DNA of 62,105 nucleotides, filler included, from Asterionella formosa (Eukaryota), in NCBI GenBank assembly GCA_002256025.1. It is 4 parts of 4 records of this genome, joined end to end, with 100 filler letters (N's around TTAATTAATTAA, not from the genome) between each part and the next. Parts side by side here need not be neighbours in the genome. Positions count along the whole stretch, not along the records: positions 46,676 to 62,105 come from NKIB01005446.1; 3 more parts are not named here. One strand, 5' to 3'. A model generated the notes under the pieces. The model was not told the DNA's origin. It was given only the letters and a program-made list of their open reading frames with translations, and did no database searches. Made by a program: the position numbers and the translations under genes. Shown here piece by piece: positions 47,927-61,902 of the stretch. Every line of letters begins with the position of its first letter. The stretch's first letter is position 1.

Positions 47927-49689
47927 GATTGCTGAGAGCGAGGAGGAGCAAAACAGCCGCGTCTGAGCTTAGATATCCTTGCGTATGTTCGTGTTATGTA
48001 TTAGGAGTTGTTCGCTCTATAAATTTTTGTTTGTTTTATGTGACAAACTCTTAACTTATAATGAATGACCAAGCCGAAATATAAATTCCGGTACTGGTGA
48101 ATGCGTGGATTACGATGAGAGCATGAATGTCCCATTACAAGACATAGTGATTCCCAATCTATATTTAAAAATGCAGGAAATGTGGAAAGAGTAGTAGTTG
48201 CCATCGCAAATCGGTTAATATTGCCCACAAAACTAATTGTCGCAGTGACTTGTAAATTAATTTATCTCTTTCCTTCGTCGCAGAGGTTTGGTTTTGCTTT
48301 GCAAATATTCGCGTTCCATCAGTGTGTCCATGCAAAGATATCCAGAAACACATGTAATGTGTCATGATAGATTGTCCAGCAATTTAAAACTTTGGTCGCG
48401 TACATACTGGAAATTTTTCGAATCTATACAGTACGGCCAGTGACTAAATGGAACTACCTGTTGCTGGTAGCTGGTACCAGGTTCATATGATATCGGAGTA
48501 ATTCTCATTGCTGTGCTGTACTTCTGTATCCTACCGGTTTTGTTACTGTGATGAATATCGCGGTCCTCGATCGTTTTTAATCGTGGTCACAGGAGCAAAG
48601 TCGACAGCCGGTTTTCTTCGGACATTCGGCGATACTACCTACAATTACATCTTATGTATGTTTGCATGAAAGAATTTTCAAATGACAACTCAATTTTGTT
48701 GCGACATATGAGACATAGCAATACAGTACGGGTAGTCTACTCCTGCTGCATTTGCAGTACATAGCATTTTACCGGGACGACACCAAGTACCTGGGAGTAC
48801 CTGATGGTTACCAGGAGACGATGGTCTATCTGACGAACTTCTCTCCAATATGGAGCAAACCACACCATTATGGTCCGCGTATTTACACAAAAAAAGAGGG
48901 GGGTCATTGCTTTTCGATGGGCACAGATTGAATCTTGCATCCTTGATTCTTTTGTGTTCCAACCATCCTCAGGTACTCCACCTCTTAACTACCGGGGTAC
49001 TTTGGCAACCTGGTACGGTACCGGTACCCAAGCTAGGAGAAAGGGTGTACAAAAGCAGTATCACATGCAAGTTCCGGGAAAATCCGAATATTGCGAATAT
49101 TTGTCCAAACATTCAAACTGGGTACGGTATATACCGTAAACCTCTTAATGTCTCCACGGACATAATAACTCCACATGGACCCTCCGCATCATAAGTCGCT
49201 CCACATTGGGGGTTCAGCCAATCATAATATCTCCACATGTAGGTAGTATTTTTACATGTGTAATGGCGCTGTAGGTTTACATCGTGACGTAACACGATAC
49301 ATGCATAGGTACCAGGTACCTGGTACCTGGAGTACCAGTAACATGTTTCTGTCTCACCATCAACCCGCTATCATGCAGCATGCATCTGTTTCGTTTTAGT
49401 AGCGGTACTGGTACCGTAGGAGGAGGAATACTGTAGCAGTACAGGTACCAGGTACCAGTACCCCGCACCTGTCACATTCAGGTATAGCGCAATCTGGTAT
49501 TTACCAGTATATGTAGCCGGAACAAAAAATTGTAAACACAGGTACCGGTGTATTGTTGTTATATCGGGGTACATGTACATACCGGTATACCTAATACAGC
49601 ATAGGAGTACATAACAGTGTAATATCAAGGCTCGCTGATGTTGCTCACTCATTTTCTCCAAATTACACAAGCAATACTGGCACTACATA

Positions 49690-50130
49690 CTTTCAACCAT
49701 GCTGCTCAATCTTACCAGTCCTTTTTCACTGTCTTCAACACATCATCCATCATTCCACTGCCAGTTACATTTCCATTGCTTTCCCATCATCACTGCCCCT
49801 GTCTCTCAAGTCAACACTCAAGGAGCCTTGTTGCTTTTTACTGATCATTGCTCAAACCACTCAATAATCATCCCGGCTGCTTTCCCATCATTTCCGGCGA
49901 CTCACTCATCATCATCATCATCACTTGACCTTCATCCTTCCTGTTCCATTCCCATAATTGCTCCAATACCCAGCCATCATCCCAGCTTCATTTTTGCTGC
50001 TTTCCCATCATTTCCGGCGACTCTCTCATCATCACTTCACCACCATCCTTCCTGATCCATTCCCATCATTGCTCCAGTACCCATCCCAGCCTCATTCTCC
50101 TGCTGCAGCTTTACCATCATTTCCGGCGAC
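49690..50130. repeat. Degenerate pyrimidine-rich tandem repeats
   Basis: Recurring gctgctttcccatcatttccggcgact and cattcccatcattgctcca units. Confidence 0.65.
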
Positions 50131-50133
50131 TTA

Positions 50134-51640
50134 TGTCATTTCATAACAAGACCACACAATTTGGTAATAATGATTTCCCAATACTGATTCCCCTATTAAT
50201 TCATCAATATTCAATCAACACACGATGTTGAACTGCTCAATTCTTTGCCACTTAGTATAGAATAAGTTACTTTCAATATATAATTAATACAACAAGGAAC
50301 GTCCTCCAGATGAGGTCACCTTGTCATTTCATAACAAAACCACTCAATTTGGTAATCATGGTTTACCAATTCTGACTCCCCTATAACTTCATCAATATTC
50401 AATTAACCCGCCTTGTTAAATGACTGAATTTACTGGCACAAAGTATAGAAAAAGGTACTTTCAATATATAATTAATAGAACAAGGAACGTCCTCCAGATG
50501 AGGTCACTATGTCATTTCATATCAAAACCACACAATTTAGTAATCATGGTTTACCAATATTGATTCCCCTTTAACTTCATCAATATTCAATAAACACACC
50601 ATGTTAGACGTCTCAATTCATTACCTCATAGTATAGAATAAGATACTATCAATATGTCATTCATACCAAGAGGAACGTCGTCCAGATGATGTCACTATAT
50701 GATCTGATAGCAAAACAACACAATTTGGTAATGATGGTTTCCCAATACTGATTCCCCTATAACTTCATCAATATTCAATCAACACACCATGTTAAACGTC
50801 TCAATTCATGGGCTCATAGTATTGAATAAGGGACTACCAATATATCATTTATACAACAAGAAACATTCTCCAGATGAGGTCACTATGTCATTTCATAACA
50901 AAACCACACCATTTGGCAATGATGGTTTCCCAATACTGATTCCCCTATAACTTCATCAATAGTCAATCAACACACCATGTTGAACGGCTCAATTCATCGG
51001 AAAGTAGTATAGAATAAGTCACTATCAATATGTCATTCATACAACAAGGAACATCCTCTTGATGATGTCACTATGGTATTTCATAACGAAACCACACAAT
51101 TTGGTAATGATGCTGGTTTACCATTACTGTTTCCCCTATAACTTCATCAATATTCAATCAACACACCATGTTGAACAGCTCAATTCATCGGCACTGAGTA
51201 TAGAATAAGGTACTATCAATATATAATGAATACAACAAGGAGCATCCTCGAGATGAGGACACTATGTCATTTCATAACAAAACCACACCATTTCGTAATG
51301 ATGGTTTACCAATACTGATTCACCTATAACTCCATCAACATTCAAACAACAAATCATGATGAACCGTACTTTTTTACTGGCACAAAGTATAGAATAAGAT
51401 ACTATCAATATATCATTCATACAACCAGCAAGGATCGTTTTCCAGATGATATCAATATGATATCATTTTATAACAAAACCACACCATTTGGTTATGATGG
51501 TTTCCCTTTACTGATTCCTCTATAACTCCATCAATATTCAAGCAACGCATTATGTTGAACATCGCAGTTCACTGGCACATAGTATAGAGTAAGGTACTAT
51601 TAATTTATCATTCATGCAAAAAGTACCATCTTCATGATTA
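50134..51640. repeat. Satellite array, about 8 x 188 bp, AT-rich
   Basis: Unit start tgtcatttcataacaa.accacac recurs at 50134, 50322, 50510, ~50698, 50886, ~51074, 51265 and ~51460, then decays toward ~51950. Confidence 0.92.
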
Positions 51641-52514
51641 GGTGTGTTGGTATACAATTCTATATCAATGCCGCACACCCACCTAATCTTTGCTACTGAC
51701 TCTTCTGTTTCTCTATCAATATGCATCCAATGTATGATGTGGAATGATTCAATTTACTGGAAGATATTGTACAATAAGTTACTATCACTATGCAAGTCAC
51801 TGGAAGATAGTATACAATAAGTTACTATCAATAGCTATATCATTCATGCAATTAGCACAATATTCTATAGCTTTGATGTCACCACACCATTTTATATCAA
51901 AGCAGCACAATTTTGCCAATGATTGTGTCCCACTACTGATATTCATATAACTTTTTTATCAATTTACCACAAATAGTAGCCACTTGAGGTTGAAATTATT
52001 GTATAACAAATCTTCCTTGATTTCGTACTTTTTATAACCATGGGAAGGTTCTTGGGATGCTGCTCTCACTCATTGACATGGCTGGCTCACTCATTAACTA
52101 CATTGCATTAGCTACTCTTAGTGGTCACCACTGTCAAATATTTTACATGGTTTCATGTATGTATAACATGTGTACCAGTATTTATGCTAAATTTTTATAT
52201 GGATGGTGTCTTTTGCTATTTATTTTGGTGTCTGATGACGTCATGAAACCTATCCCTATCCCCAAATTTGAGCGGATTAGGGTTAGGGTTTCACAATATC
52301 TCCACAACCGGTTTTATTACATCACTAAGCGTGCTCCACAAAACCCGAAAAGTACGTGGAGATATTAAGAGGTTTACGGTATGTAAGTAACCGGAAGTAA
52401 GCACACCGACTTTTTGAAAAAAAAAATGGTTAATACCGATATGCATACAGGGATGCAAGATGTATGTACTACGTCGTACTCCTGTGTATGATGCATAACG
52501 ATATTTACCACAAC

Positions 52515-52676
52515 TTTTAATGTCTGCATATGATGCTCCATACATGTGCCGTACAAACCATACTGGCGCAGCCACCAGATTAGGTACATGTGTGAGTGCT
52601 AACAACGGTGTACTCGAAACAGCAATAGAATAGTCATTGTAGTTCACCTTTATTCACAACAAGGCTCCCCTCAACA
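52515..52676 (+). repeat. 5' LTR (162 bp)
   Basis: Matches 57812-57978; starts TT (TG in the 3' copy) and ends CA. Confidence 0.92.
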
Positions 52677-52823
52677 GAACTACAATATCTGTTCTCTCTC
52701 CCTTGTCTGCACCTGTGACATTGCGGCTCTTGTCGGTGGTGCAAACCAGCACTGTTCTCAACAATCAACTGTGAAACACCGCTTGCCTGTTCACGTTCCC
52801 TGTCTCTCGGGCCTTCTTCCACC

Positions 52824-55800
52824 ATGGCGACTCCACTCGTTTCCGCTGTTTTCCGATTCCCCCATCCGCTCTTGACGCCGATCGAGGGCAGACCTACAGC
52901 CCTATTGTCATGGCTGCTGCTCCTTTTCTCTTACGTGCTGGTGAACCCTTTCTACCGCCCAAACATCCCGGCACCCAGCCAACACACAGTGCTACTGCAA
53001 CACAATCCCAAATCACTGCTGCCAACTGTCTCTTTGACACCTCCCTTGACGCATTCCGCCGTTACTCCCAAATCCGTGAAACTCTCTGGCAACAAATTTT
53101 AACAGCCATTGACCCTACTTACTACAATGTTCTGGAAGATGCTACATTTGGATGTGCCTACATCACTGTTCTGACCTTGCTTGCTCACTTAGAATCTACA
53201 TATGCAACGTTGAGTGCGGATGATTTAGAACTTAATTGCATGCGCTTGGCTGATGCTTGGACACCAGAGAAACCTATTGAACATTTATGGATCCGCATCA
53301 AACATCTTCGTGCCGTTGCTGATGCTGGTGGGGAACCTTTATCCAACAGTACTGTCATGCAGTTGACTCTTTCTGCTTTAGAATAGGCTGGTGTATACTC
53401 TCCTAGTGTTCAAACTTGGCGTGATCGCGCTGAGATGGACCGTACATGGGTTAATTTTTGCCCGCATTTCATGCATGCTGATAAGGAACGATTGCGCCTT
53501 GCCACCGCCACCACCGCAGGTTATCATGGTGCCCATGCTGCCATTCAAACCAGTGGCCCTCCCCCACTGCCATGGATTGCTGCAGCTGCTCGTGCTGTCC
53601 CTTCTGGATACACTTACAACATTGTCCAATTAGGCTAGTATTGTTGGACTCATGGTCTCACCAAAAACCCTGATCATACCAGTGCTTCTTGCAATCATCA
53701 ATCTTCTGGCTGGCCATCAAGTTACTGCCACCCTTGATCGACGTATGGGTGGCAGCGTCCGAATTCTCAGTGATGGTACCCGTCCCACCCAGCCACCCCG
53801 TGTTTCACCGCCACCTATACCGCTTTCGTGATGTGGAGGGGAGCAAGTTGCTATCGATAATACTATTAACAAAATCTTATCTCCCATCACGTGTCCCCCC
53901 ATCACACTCATTGCTGATTCTGGTAGTTCTGGCTGTGCGTCATCAACAATCGACCTACCACCAACCCTATAACCATTTAACTTCCTAATGGCAACCATGT
54001 TAAATCTACACATGAGGCCGAATTATCTTTACCTATGCTATTACCCGCTGCTCGTCGTGTACACATTGGCCCTGGTCTGCACAATTGCTCTTTATTGAGC
54101 ATTGGACAACTATATGACTCCGGCTATGAGGTACTATTCACCAAACTGCACATGTCTGTCTTATCCGATGGTCATTGCAACCTTCAGGGCCATCGCTCCA
54201 CCACTACTCGATTATGGCATGTCACCACCGCCACTATTGATCCATCATTGCCTACCCCTAAACACTATGCTGCTACCGCCATTGGCAGTCCCAATGCACC
54301 AGCCCTTGTTGCCTTTGCCCATGCGGCCCTCTTTTCTCCTGTTATCTCTACTTTGGAACCAGCAATACTCCATGGGTATCTTGTCAATTTTCCAGGTCTA
54401 ACTTTAACTACACTACGCAAATATCCCCCTCATTCTATCGCAACCATCAAAGGCCACCTCGATCAAACACGTCAAAACGTACGGTCCACATGTGTGCCCC
54501 CAACTATCATTGAGCCTGAACTTTCATCCATTCCTATCAATGTGCTGGGTGGTGCTGATTTCCACCCTGAGGGTCTTGCAACCCCTAGTACCTATATGTG
54601 TTTTGCGTCCATTATTGCACCCACAGGCCAAATTTACACTGATCAAACCGGAAAATTCATCCTCCCCTCCAGCACTGGAAACAACTACATTATGATTTTA
54701 TATGATTATGACAGCAACTACATTTTCGTTCAGCCTTTTCATAACTGAACCGCTTCCTGCCTCCTTGCAGCATAAAAAAATTACACCAACGCTTGTGCAA
54801 AGCTGGCTTACGTCCCAAACTTCAACGCTTTGACAACGAGTGTTCTACACTCCTCAAAGAGTTCTTGGATGCCGAAGCTATTGACTTTCAGTTGGTCTCG
54901 CCAGCTGTCCATCGTCGCAATGCTGCTGAACGTGCAATTCGCACCTTTCAAAACCATTTCATTGCCGGTCTATGCAGTGTCGACAAAGACTTTCCTCTTC
55001 ACTTGTGGAACCAATTATTAGTTCAAGCTGAACTTACTCTTAATCTTTTCTGTGGCTCATGCATCAACTCCAAATTGTCTGCTTGGGCACAGGTCAATAG
55101 AACTTATGATAACAATGGTGTCCCCCTTGCTCCACCTGGCTGTTGGGTCCTTGTTCATGCCAAGCCCCAACACCGCACAACATGGGCTCCGCATGCTCTT
55201 GATGGTTGGTATGTCGGCCCTGTTGTGGATTCCTATCGCTGCTACCGCATCTGGATGTGGGACACACGTTCCATCGAATCTGCAATACTGTCTCGTGGTT
55301 TCCCACCAAAGTCCACCTACCCTGTAATTCATCCACTGACCTCATCACGGCCAGTTTGCAGGACATTGCCTATACCTTGTTACATCCCACCACTCGGTCT
55401 CCTGTTGCCCCACTCACTGCAACCCACAAAGCTGCTCTCCAGCAGCTCCTTGAAATTCTCTCACCATCTGGCTGAGCTCACTAAACTACCCATCGCTCCC
55501 CTCCTGCATAGCCCCATTCCATCACTGAGGGTGCCCGGTACACCCATAGTATCCACCATCCCCCTTCTCCCTGCTCCTGATGCCTGTACACCTTTCCAGG
55601 TCTCTCCAACCCTTCGATGACGCTGCCCAACCACTGAGGGTGCTTAACCCTAACCCTAACCCTACCGACCCGAGTGTTGTTAACCCTACCCCTAACCCTC
55701 CCCTCGCTGGTAATCCTAACCCTAACCCTAGGTCCCCTCCTGCCAGTGGCCGCAAGATCATTCCAGCACCCCCTCACACCTATTGCGATGCTGTTGTGCT

Positions 55801-57730
55801 GCTCAGTCCCCTGCCACCTTGCCCTCCGGTCACTTACGAAACTACCAGGTACCATTGCGCTCAAGAGCCATCGTCGCCATAAAAACACACCACATGATGC
55901 ACCACATGCCAGCCATCCCCACACTTAATATTTGCTTGCCAACTGTGCTCTCTCCGCCCCTCCTCAAACCAGTGCTCCTCCCCTGGAAACTAATTTTTGT
56001 TTCCATGGCACCGCTATCAACCCTGACAATGGCAAAATTTCTGGATATAAAGAATTATTGACTTGCAGCACTGCACCGCCAACGGCCTAGAAATTGGTCA
56101 GTTATTTCAGGGCTTGGGACCCCATTCTGACATGCCCACAGGTACTAATTGCTGTTTTTTCATTCATAAGCATGAGATGCCCTCAATTGCCCTCACACAA
56201 ACGCGCCACTTACATCCGCATTGTGTGTGCCAATTGCCCCAAAAAAACCATTCTCAACGGGTTTGTTGGACTGCTGGGGTGATTGTGTAATTTACACTGG
56301 CAATGTCAGCACCAAGACTGCTGATCTCACTACTGCAAAATGTTTGTTCAACAGCACCATCAGTACCCCCAATGGCCGCTTCATGACTCTGGATTTATCT
56401 GATTTTTATCTGGAAAGTCATCTTGCACCTGCCGACTAGTATGAATACATAAGCATCCCTATATGGATGATCCCCCCACACATTCAAACCCTCTACAACC
56501 TAGCTCCCAAAATCATTGATGGGCACATCTATGTCGAAATCCGAAGTGGCATGTATGGGCTGCCTCAGGCTGGTAAACTTGCCAATGATCAACTTGCGCA
56601 GTTCCTGCTCCCACATCATTGCCTCCCCTGCCCAGTCACCCCTGGCCTATGGATGGATACCACCAGTGATCTCATGTTTACACTTGTTGTCGATGACTTT
56701 GGTGTACGTTACACCAAACGCAGTGACATGGACCGTCTCCTCACCACTTTACGCACCAAATACTGTCTCACAACTGATTGGACTGACTCCTGCTACATTG
56801 GCCTTACACTGACGCGGGACTACGAACATCGCACCGTTGACCTCACTATGCCTGGTTACATTGTTCGTGCTCTACAACGATTCATGCACTCCACCCCAAC
56901 ACACCCACAACATGCCCCCCATGCCTGGACTGAAACTAGTTATGGCGCTCGCCAGCAATTTGTTGTTCCTGATGTCACTCCTGTCCTTGACCTCCATGAT
57001 AAAACACGTGTGCAGGAGATTCTTGGTACTTTATTGTATTTTGCCCGTGCTATTGACTTTTACTATGTTGCTGGCCCTTGGTACATTGGCTACACAACAA
57101 GCAACCCCCACTGTGGCTACCTTGACTGCTATTACACACCTTCTCAATTATTGTGCCACTCATCCTGAAGCCACATTTCGCTTTACTGCCAGTGACATGG
57201 TCCTCCATGTTGAAAGCGATGCCTCCTATCAATCTGAAACGCGTGGTCGCTCCCGCGCTGCCGGCATTCACTTTCTCAGCTGTAAACCCCTGTCTCCTCC
57301 TTGCTTCACTACGTCCATCCCTCCTCTTAATGGTGCTATTTACCTACACTGTCAAATTCTTAAGGAGGTTGTATCAAGTGCTGCTGAGGCCGAATTAGCT
57401 GCTATGTTCCAAAATGGCGAAGAGGCATATGCTATTTGCAACATTCTTGCTGAACTTGGTCATCCCCAACCTTCCACCTATATTTTCACCGATAATAGCA
57501 CTGCCAGTGGCATCGCCAATGATACCATCCGACAAAAACGCTCCAAAGCTATGGATATGCGTTATTACTGGGTACGCGATCAGGTTCGCCAAGGCCAATT
57601 TCTTGTATACTGGAAAAAGGTAGTTTGAATCATAACGATTATTTCACTAAACATCATCAAGTTTCTCATCATATGTTGATGCGCCCGCACTATCTCCATT
57701 GCCCTCCATCCCTCCCTAGTCCTCCTAACT
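52824..57730 (+). pseudogene. Copia gag-pol with multiple stops and frameshifts
   Basis: Gag YCWTHG-like knuckle, SLLSIGQL, integrase YTDQTGKF / RFDNE / HRRNAAERAIRTF, RT MYGLPQAG and LVVDDFGV, RNaseH ESDAS / SSAAEAE / TDN / KRSKAMDMRYYWVRD. Confidence 0.9.
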
Positions 57731-57811
57731 ATTATGCGTGCTTGGCTTCCAATGCTGCTATCATCTCCACCCCGGTTCCTGTTCTTCTGCCTGAATCTGG
57801 TGGTGAGGGTG

Positions 57812-57978
57812 TGTTAATATCTGCATATGATGCTCCATACATGCGCCGTACAAACCATACTGGCACAGCCACCAGATTAGGTACATGCGTGAGTGCTAAC
57901 AAAGATGTACTCGAAACAGCAATAGAATAGTCATTATATTGTAGTTCACCTTTATTCACGACAAGGTTCCCCTCAACA
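57812..57978 (+). repeat. 3' LTR (167 bp)
   Basis: TG...CA, preceded by ggtgagggtg and followed by the ACAAC TSD. Confidence 0.92.
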
Positions 57979-59238
57979 ACAACCACTGTTTGCACTTCTG
58001 TACATTCATACCAGTAGAGAAATGCATTTAAACTAGGAGATTTCGGAATAAGGAGTCTTGAAACTCAAAATTGCGATTGAGGGGAAAACCCCCCAATCCA
58101 AAACCCCCTAATCGTAGCAACGGTCGGAAACTGGTTTTTTCAGAAAAAATTTTCTTTAAAATTAGATTTTGGTAATAATGAAATTTATTGGCCAGCGCGA
58201 AAACCGTTAGAATTTTCTAAATGTATAAGTAAGATTACCGGGGAGTGGAATATGAGTGCTTGCCAGCGCTGTGTTCCATTTTCGGCAAAATGACCGCAAC
58301 TTGCTGGTAGACAGTACCAGGTACCGGTAGTACTCCGGGGTGTCACTGTACGCCCTCGCATGTATAGCTAGATCACTCCCTACCAATACCTGGTTAGGAC
58401 AAAGCTTTGTGATAGATTTGGAATTTCATTTCGAAAAAATTTCGAAATGGCCTAGGCTGAGACTCAACCCGAACTAAAGCTTCATTCCAGCAAAGCTTGA
58501 AAGAAGAGTTCAGCAGCTAAAAAGATTTGCTATCGGCGGAAATGAGGCGTCCTAGTAGATCTTTCGACATGGTACCAAAAATCCAAAGCTTTGGATAAAT
58601 CATAAGAATTTCCTATTTTGAATGAATGCCACAACCTGGAAAATGCGTGAACGACAATTTATAAAGGTGCAATATTGCGCAGTTAAAGTATATGGTGAAA
58701 GGATATTTGTGGACTACTTTACGAAAAATTTGGTTTGTTTGTGAAGTAGGCCATGATGAAGTTGGTCTCAAAAAAGATTTGCCAAAGATTTGGCAAATAT
58801 CTGTCCAAATATTTCAATGCACCTATCGTGGAATAACATGATGAAGCTAGAGGTATCTCCGTTTCAAATCATCCAAAGCTTTGAACAATTCGAAACAAAG
58901 AAAGAATAATGGCTTTATAAACTGAATCGAAACTGATTACTTATTCGTTGAGTAGAGTGCATTGTCTAACATACTCTCTGTACTTGCATCAGGTTTCGAT
59001 TGATAAATTACTTAAATATTTTCAGTCGGAAGATTGAGTAAAATAACGGTGGCTTATAGTTTTTAACTGGAATGTCATACGTCGCCATATTCATACGAAA
59101 TACGACCATGTTTCAGTTAGTGGTTTGGTTTGGAGGTATGGGTGGCGATCTATGTGAGGGTTTACCATAATACCCCAGAGTAATAATTATTTTTAGGTTA
59201 CTTACCGGTAGTAAATACGTCATTTGATTTTACCTTTC

Positions 59239-59695
59239 ATATTGACGACATCAGGTGGCGCAGGCTTGTGAATAGATTGGTGATGCTGAAAGCATTGCTT
59301 CCTTTCCCATAGTAGGTACCTATTTGTCAACTTTGTTTGGGTCAATCTATTCTTGTTCCCGCAAGACCAGAAGCAATTATCCCTTTACTTCTCCTCCCAA
59401 GAACCTTCAATTCTCTTTCACAATTGTCCTGATGTTTGCAGAGCATTTTTAGTTCCCTTTTGATTTTTCCACTGGTTTCGATCCCTTTTGCATTCAAGTC
59501 AAGAAACAAGCAACTCATTGAGATTTTTGGAGGTTTTGGTCAATGGCACCATAAAGCAACAATCAACAGATCATGGCGGCTTTTCTCCATTTTCTGTAGC
59601 AAGTGACATTCAAGAAGGGTCTGGGATCATTGGAGAGAAAAATTAGTTGGATTTTCTGTGTTTGCCCCCACCCGTTTGGCAGCCATTCTACCATT
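59239..59695 (-). pseudogene. Second fragment of the IS630/Tc1-like transposase family
   Basis: Reverse complement aligns over ~450 bp with 12915-13360. Confidence 0.7.
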
Positions 59696-61384
59696 CGTCT
59701 GTAAATAAAAAATATCATGAAAATATGATCAAGGGTATCGTACGCTAAGTGGCACAGGATTTTCGTATATATGATAATTTTTGGATCAAAAATATGATCA
59801 AGGTATCTTGTATCTATGATGATTTATTAATATGTTACCGACCTTGAAGTATAATGATAATAAGAACATTATCATCACACAATGTATATAAACTGATCAA
59901 CAACATTTCCCATCAATATTATAAACCTTCTCATATTATTTTCACTTCTCGTGATCGCCCGATGTAAATTATAACTACAACGTATCCTAAAACCAGCTCA
60001 ACTCTATGCTATCATGTGAATTGATACATCGTAAATCTATCATAAACATGATCATAATTCTAATCACAAGCATTGTTCAAAATAGATTAAAATGGATCGT
60101 AATTTAACTATCAAGTTAAGCAATGCTATCTATTAATCTACATGCCAGCGACCCAGCGTTTCTCTCTCTACTCGGCTCAATGTATATTCCTTTCTTGCTC
60201 TTTCTTCCTCTGATCTGAATCGTGTGCGAGCCAGTGCCTTACTGATGCTGCGTCTCTTTCCCTGCTGTAAGTGTCATTCTAAACTTGCCGACTATTCCGT
60301 TGTTTGATTGTTTTTATTGTCCTATGCATGCAGTTACAGTTACAATGAGAAGGAATGGTTTGTTTGCTAGTCATGTTACATTGACACAAGAAAACGCAAT
60401 TCCATCGTATCCTCTTGCTTCACTTACCACAAATCAATGCAACTGATGCATAAGTCTGTAATAGTAACCTGTTAGTAAATTCTTAAATAAGTAAGTTTCG
60501 GGTATCCAATGTTGTGGAATAAAACTTACCGGTTCATTTTTGTCATCTTAACTTTGAGAGAATATAAACGTTTTGTTAGTTTTGTTCCAACAGAAGTGAA
60601 TAGGTCCAACGAGCGACAAGAGCACTTACGCAATTTGGTTTTGTTTTACATTGGTGCTCCCCAACAAGCAAAACGAGCTGCTGAATCAACTGAGAAAAAA
60701 GGAAGTGTGCGTTTAGTTAACAATTTGTTGTTGTGCTGCCTGCCTCCCAACGATTGTCATCCAAGTACCACGCACATTGATGGCTTCATTACCTTAAACA
60801 TTCTCCATCCTTCGAAGGCGCAATGTGTCGAAGTCACAATGTTTTTCGTAATGTATTGCGAAAACTTTCTTTTCTTGTCATGTGCTTTACTACTATGTAT
60901 CTTTTCATGAAGCAGCAGGCATTGTTTGTTAACATGACAGAACGATTTCAAAAATATATATGCCATGAATATAGAAATAAAATTTGTAAATATATATATA
61001 TTAAGTGTTGTCCATTTATAAAATTCAAACGCGCTCTCGACATGGAACATCTGATATGGTTGAGATGATCATACTCGCATATACATAATTCGAAAATACT
61101 CAATGCACTATATGTCCATTGTTTTCCACGACTACGTGTACCGGAATTGTTTCTGAAATTTGTTTGCATCGATATTTTCTACGTCCGTTGAAACTAATTA
61201 TTTAGACCGTTCAATTGCCGCAAGGGTTTTGGTAGCAAATTGTTTAAGCCCCTTTTTTGGTTGGGAGCTCTTCATGTGTACCGGTACATCATATGACAAA
61301 AACAATATATCATATATATATATACAGAGCACCAGTAACAGGTAGTAAGTGATATACTGGGGGTAGTCGGAGTAGAAAACTAGC

Positions 61385-61825
61385 AACAGAACACCATATG
61401 TTCAGGACTGTTGCTACTGCAGTGGGACAGTAAATCAACATAGTTTTAGGATCGTATGATTGTAAAAAACACCAAAAAAACACCATATGTTCATGACTGT
61501 TGCAATTACAGTAGAACAGTAAATCATCATAGTTTTAGGATCGTATGATCGTAAAACTAAAAACAAATCGAAAACTATATGTTCAGAACTGTTGCTACCA
61601 TTGCACACTGCAGTGGAACAGTAAATCATCATAGTTTTAGGATTGTATGATCATAAAAAAAAGCAGTAGTCGGAGTAATAAGCAAGCAATAGAACACCAT
61701 AGTAAATCATCATAGTTTTAGGATTGTATGATCGTAAAACTGAAAAGCGGTACCAGTAGTCGGAGTAATAAGCAAGCAATAGAACACAATATGTCTATGA
61801 CTGCTGCTACTACAGCGGGACAGTA
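61385..61825. repeat. Degenerate minisatellite, units of roughly 80-100 bp
   Basis: Recurring aacaccatatgttc...actgttgc...acagtaaatcatcatagttttaggat.gtatgat. Confidence 0.8.
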
Positions 61826-61902
61826 CCGGTAAATGCATTTAAGATCATCGAACTTTAAGGAAGACAACGACAACAAATGGTCGTGTTGCTGGTCCACTTT
61901 TA

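Larger units (their letters stand above)
52515..57978 (+). mobile_element. Full-length decayed Ty1/Copia LTR retrotransposon
   Basis: LTRs at 52515-52676 and 57812-57978; 5-bp TSD ACAAC on both sides; purine tract before the 3' LTR; gag-INT-RT-RNaseH order. Confidence 0.95.

Noticed and set aside
50134..51640. CRISPR array
   Set aside because: Whole 188-bp units are homologous, with no unique spacers.
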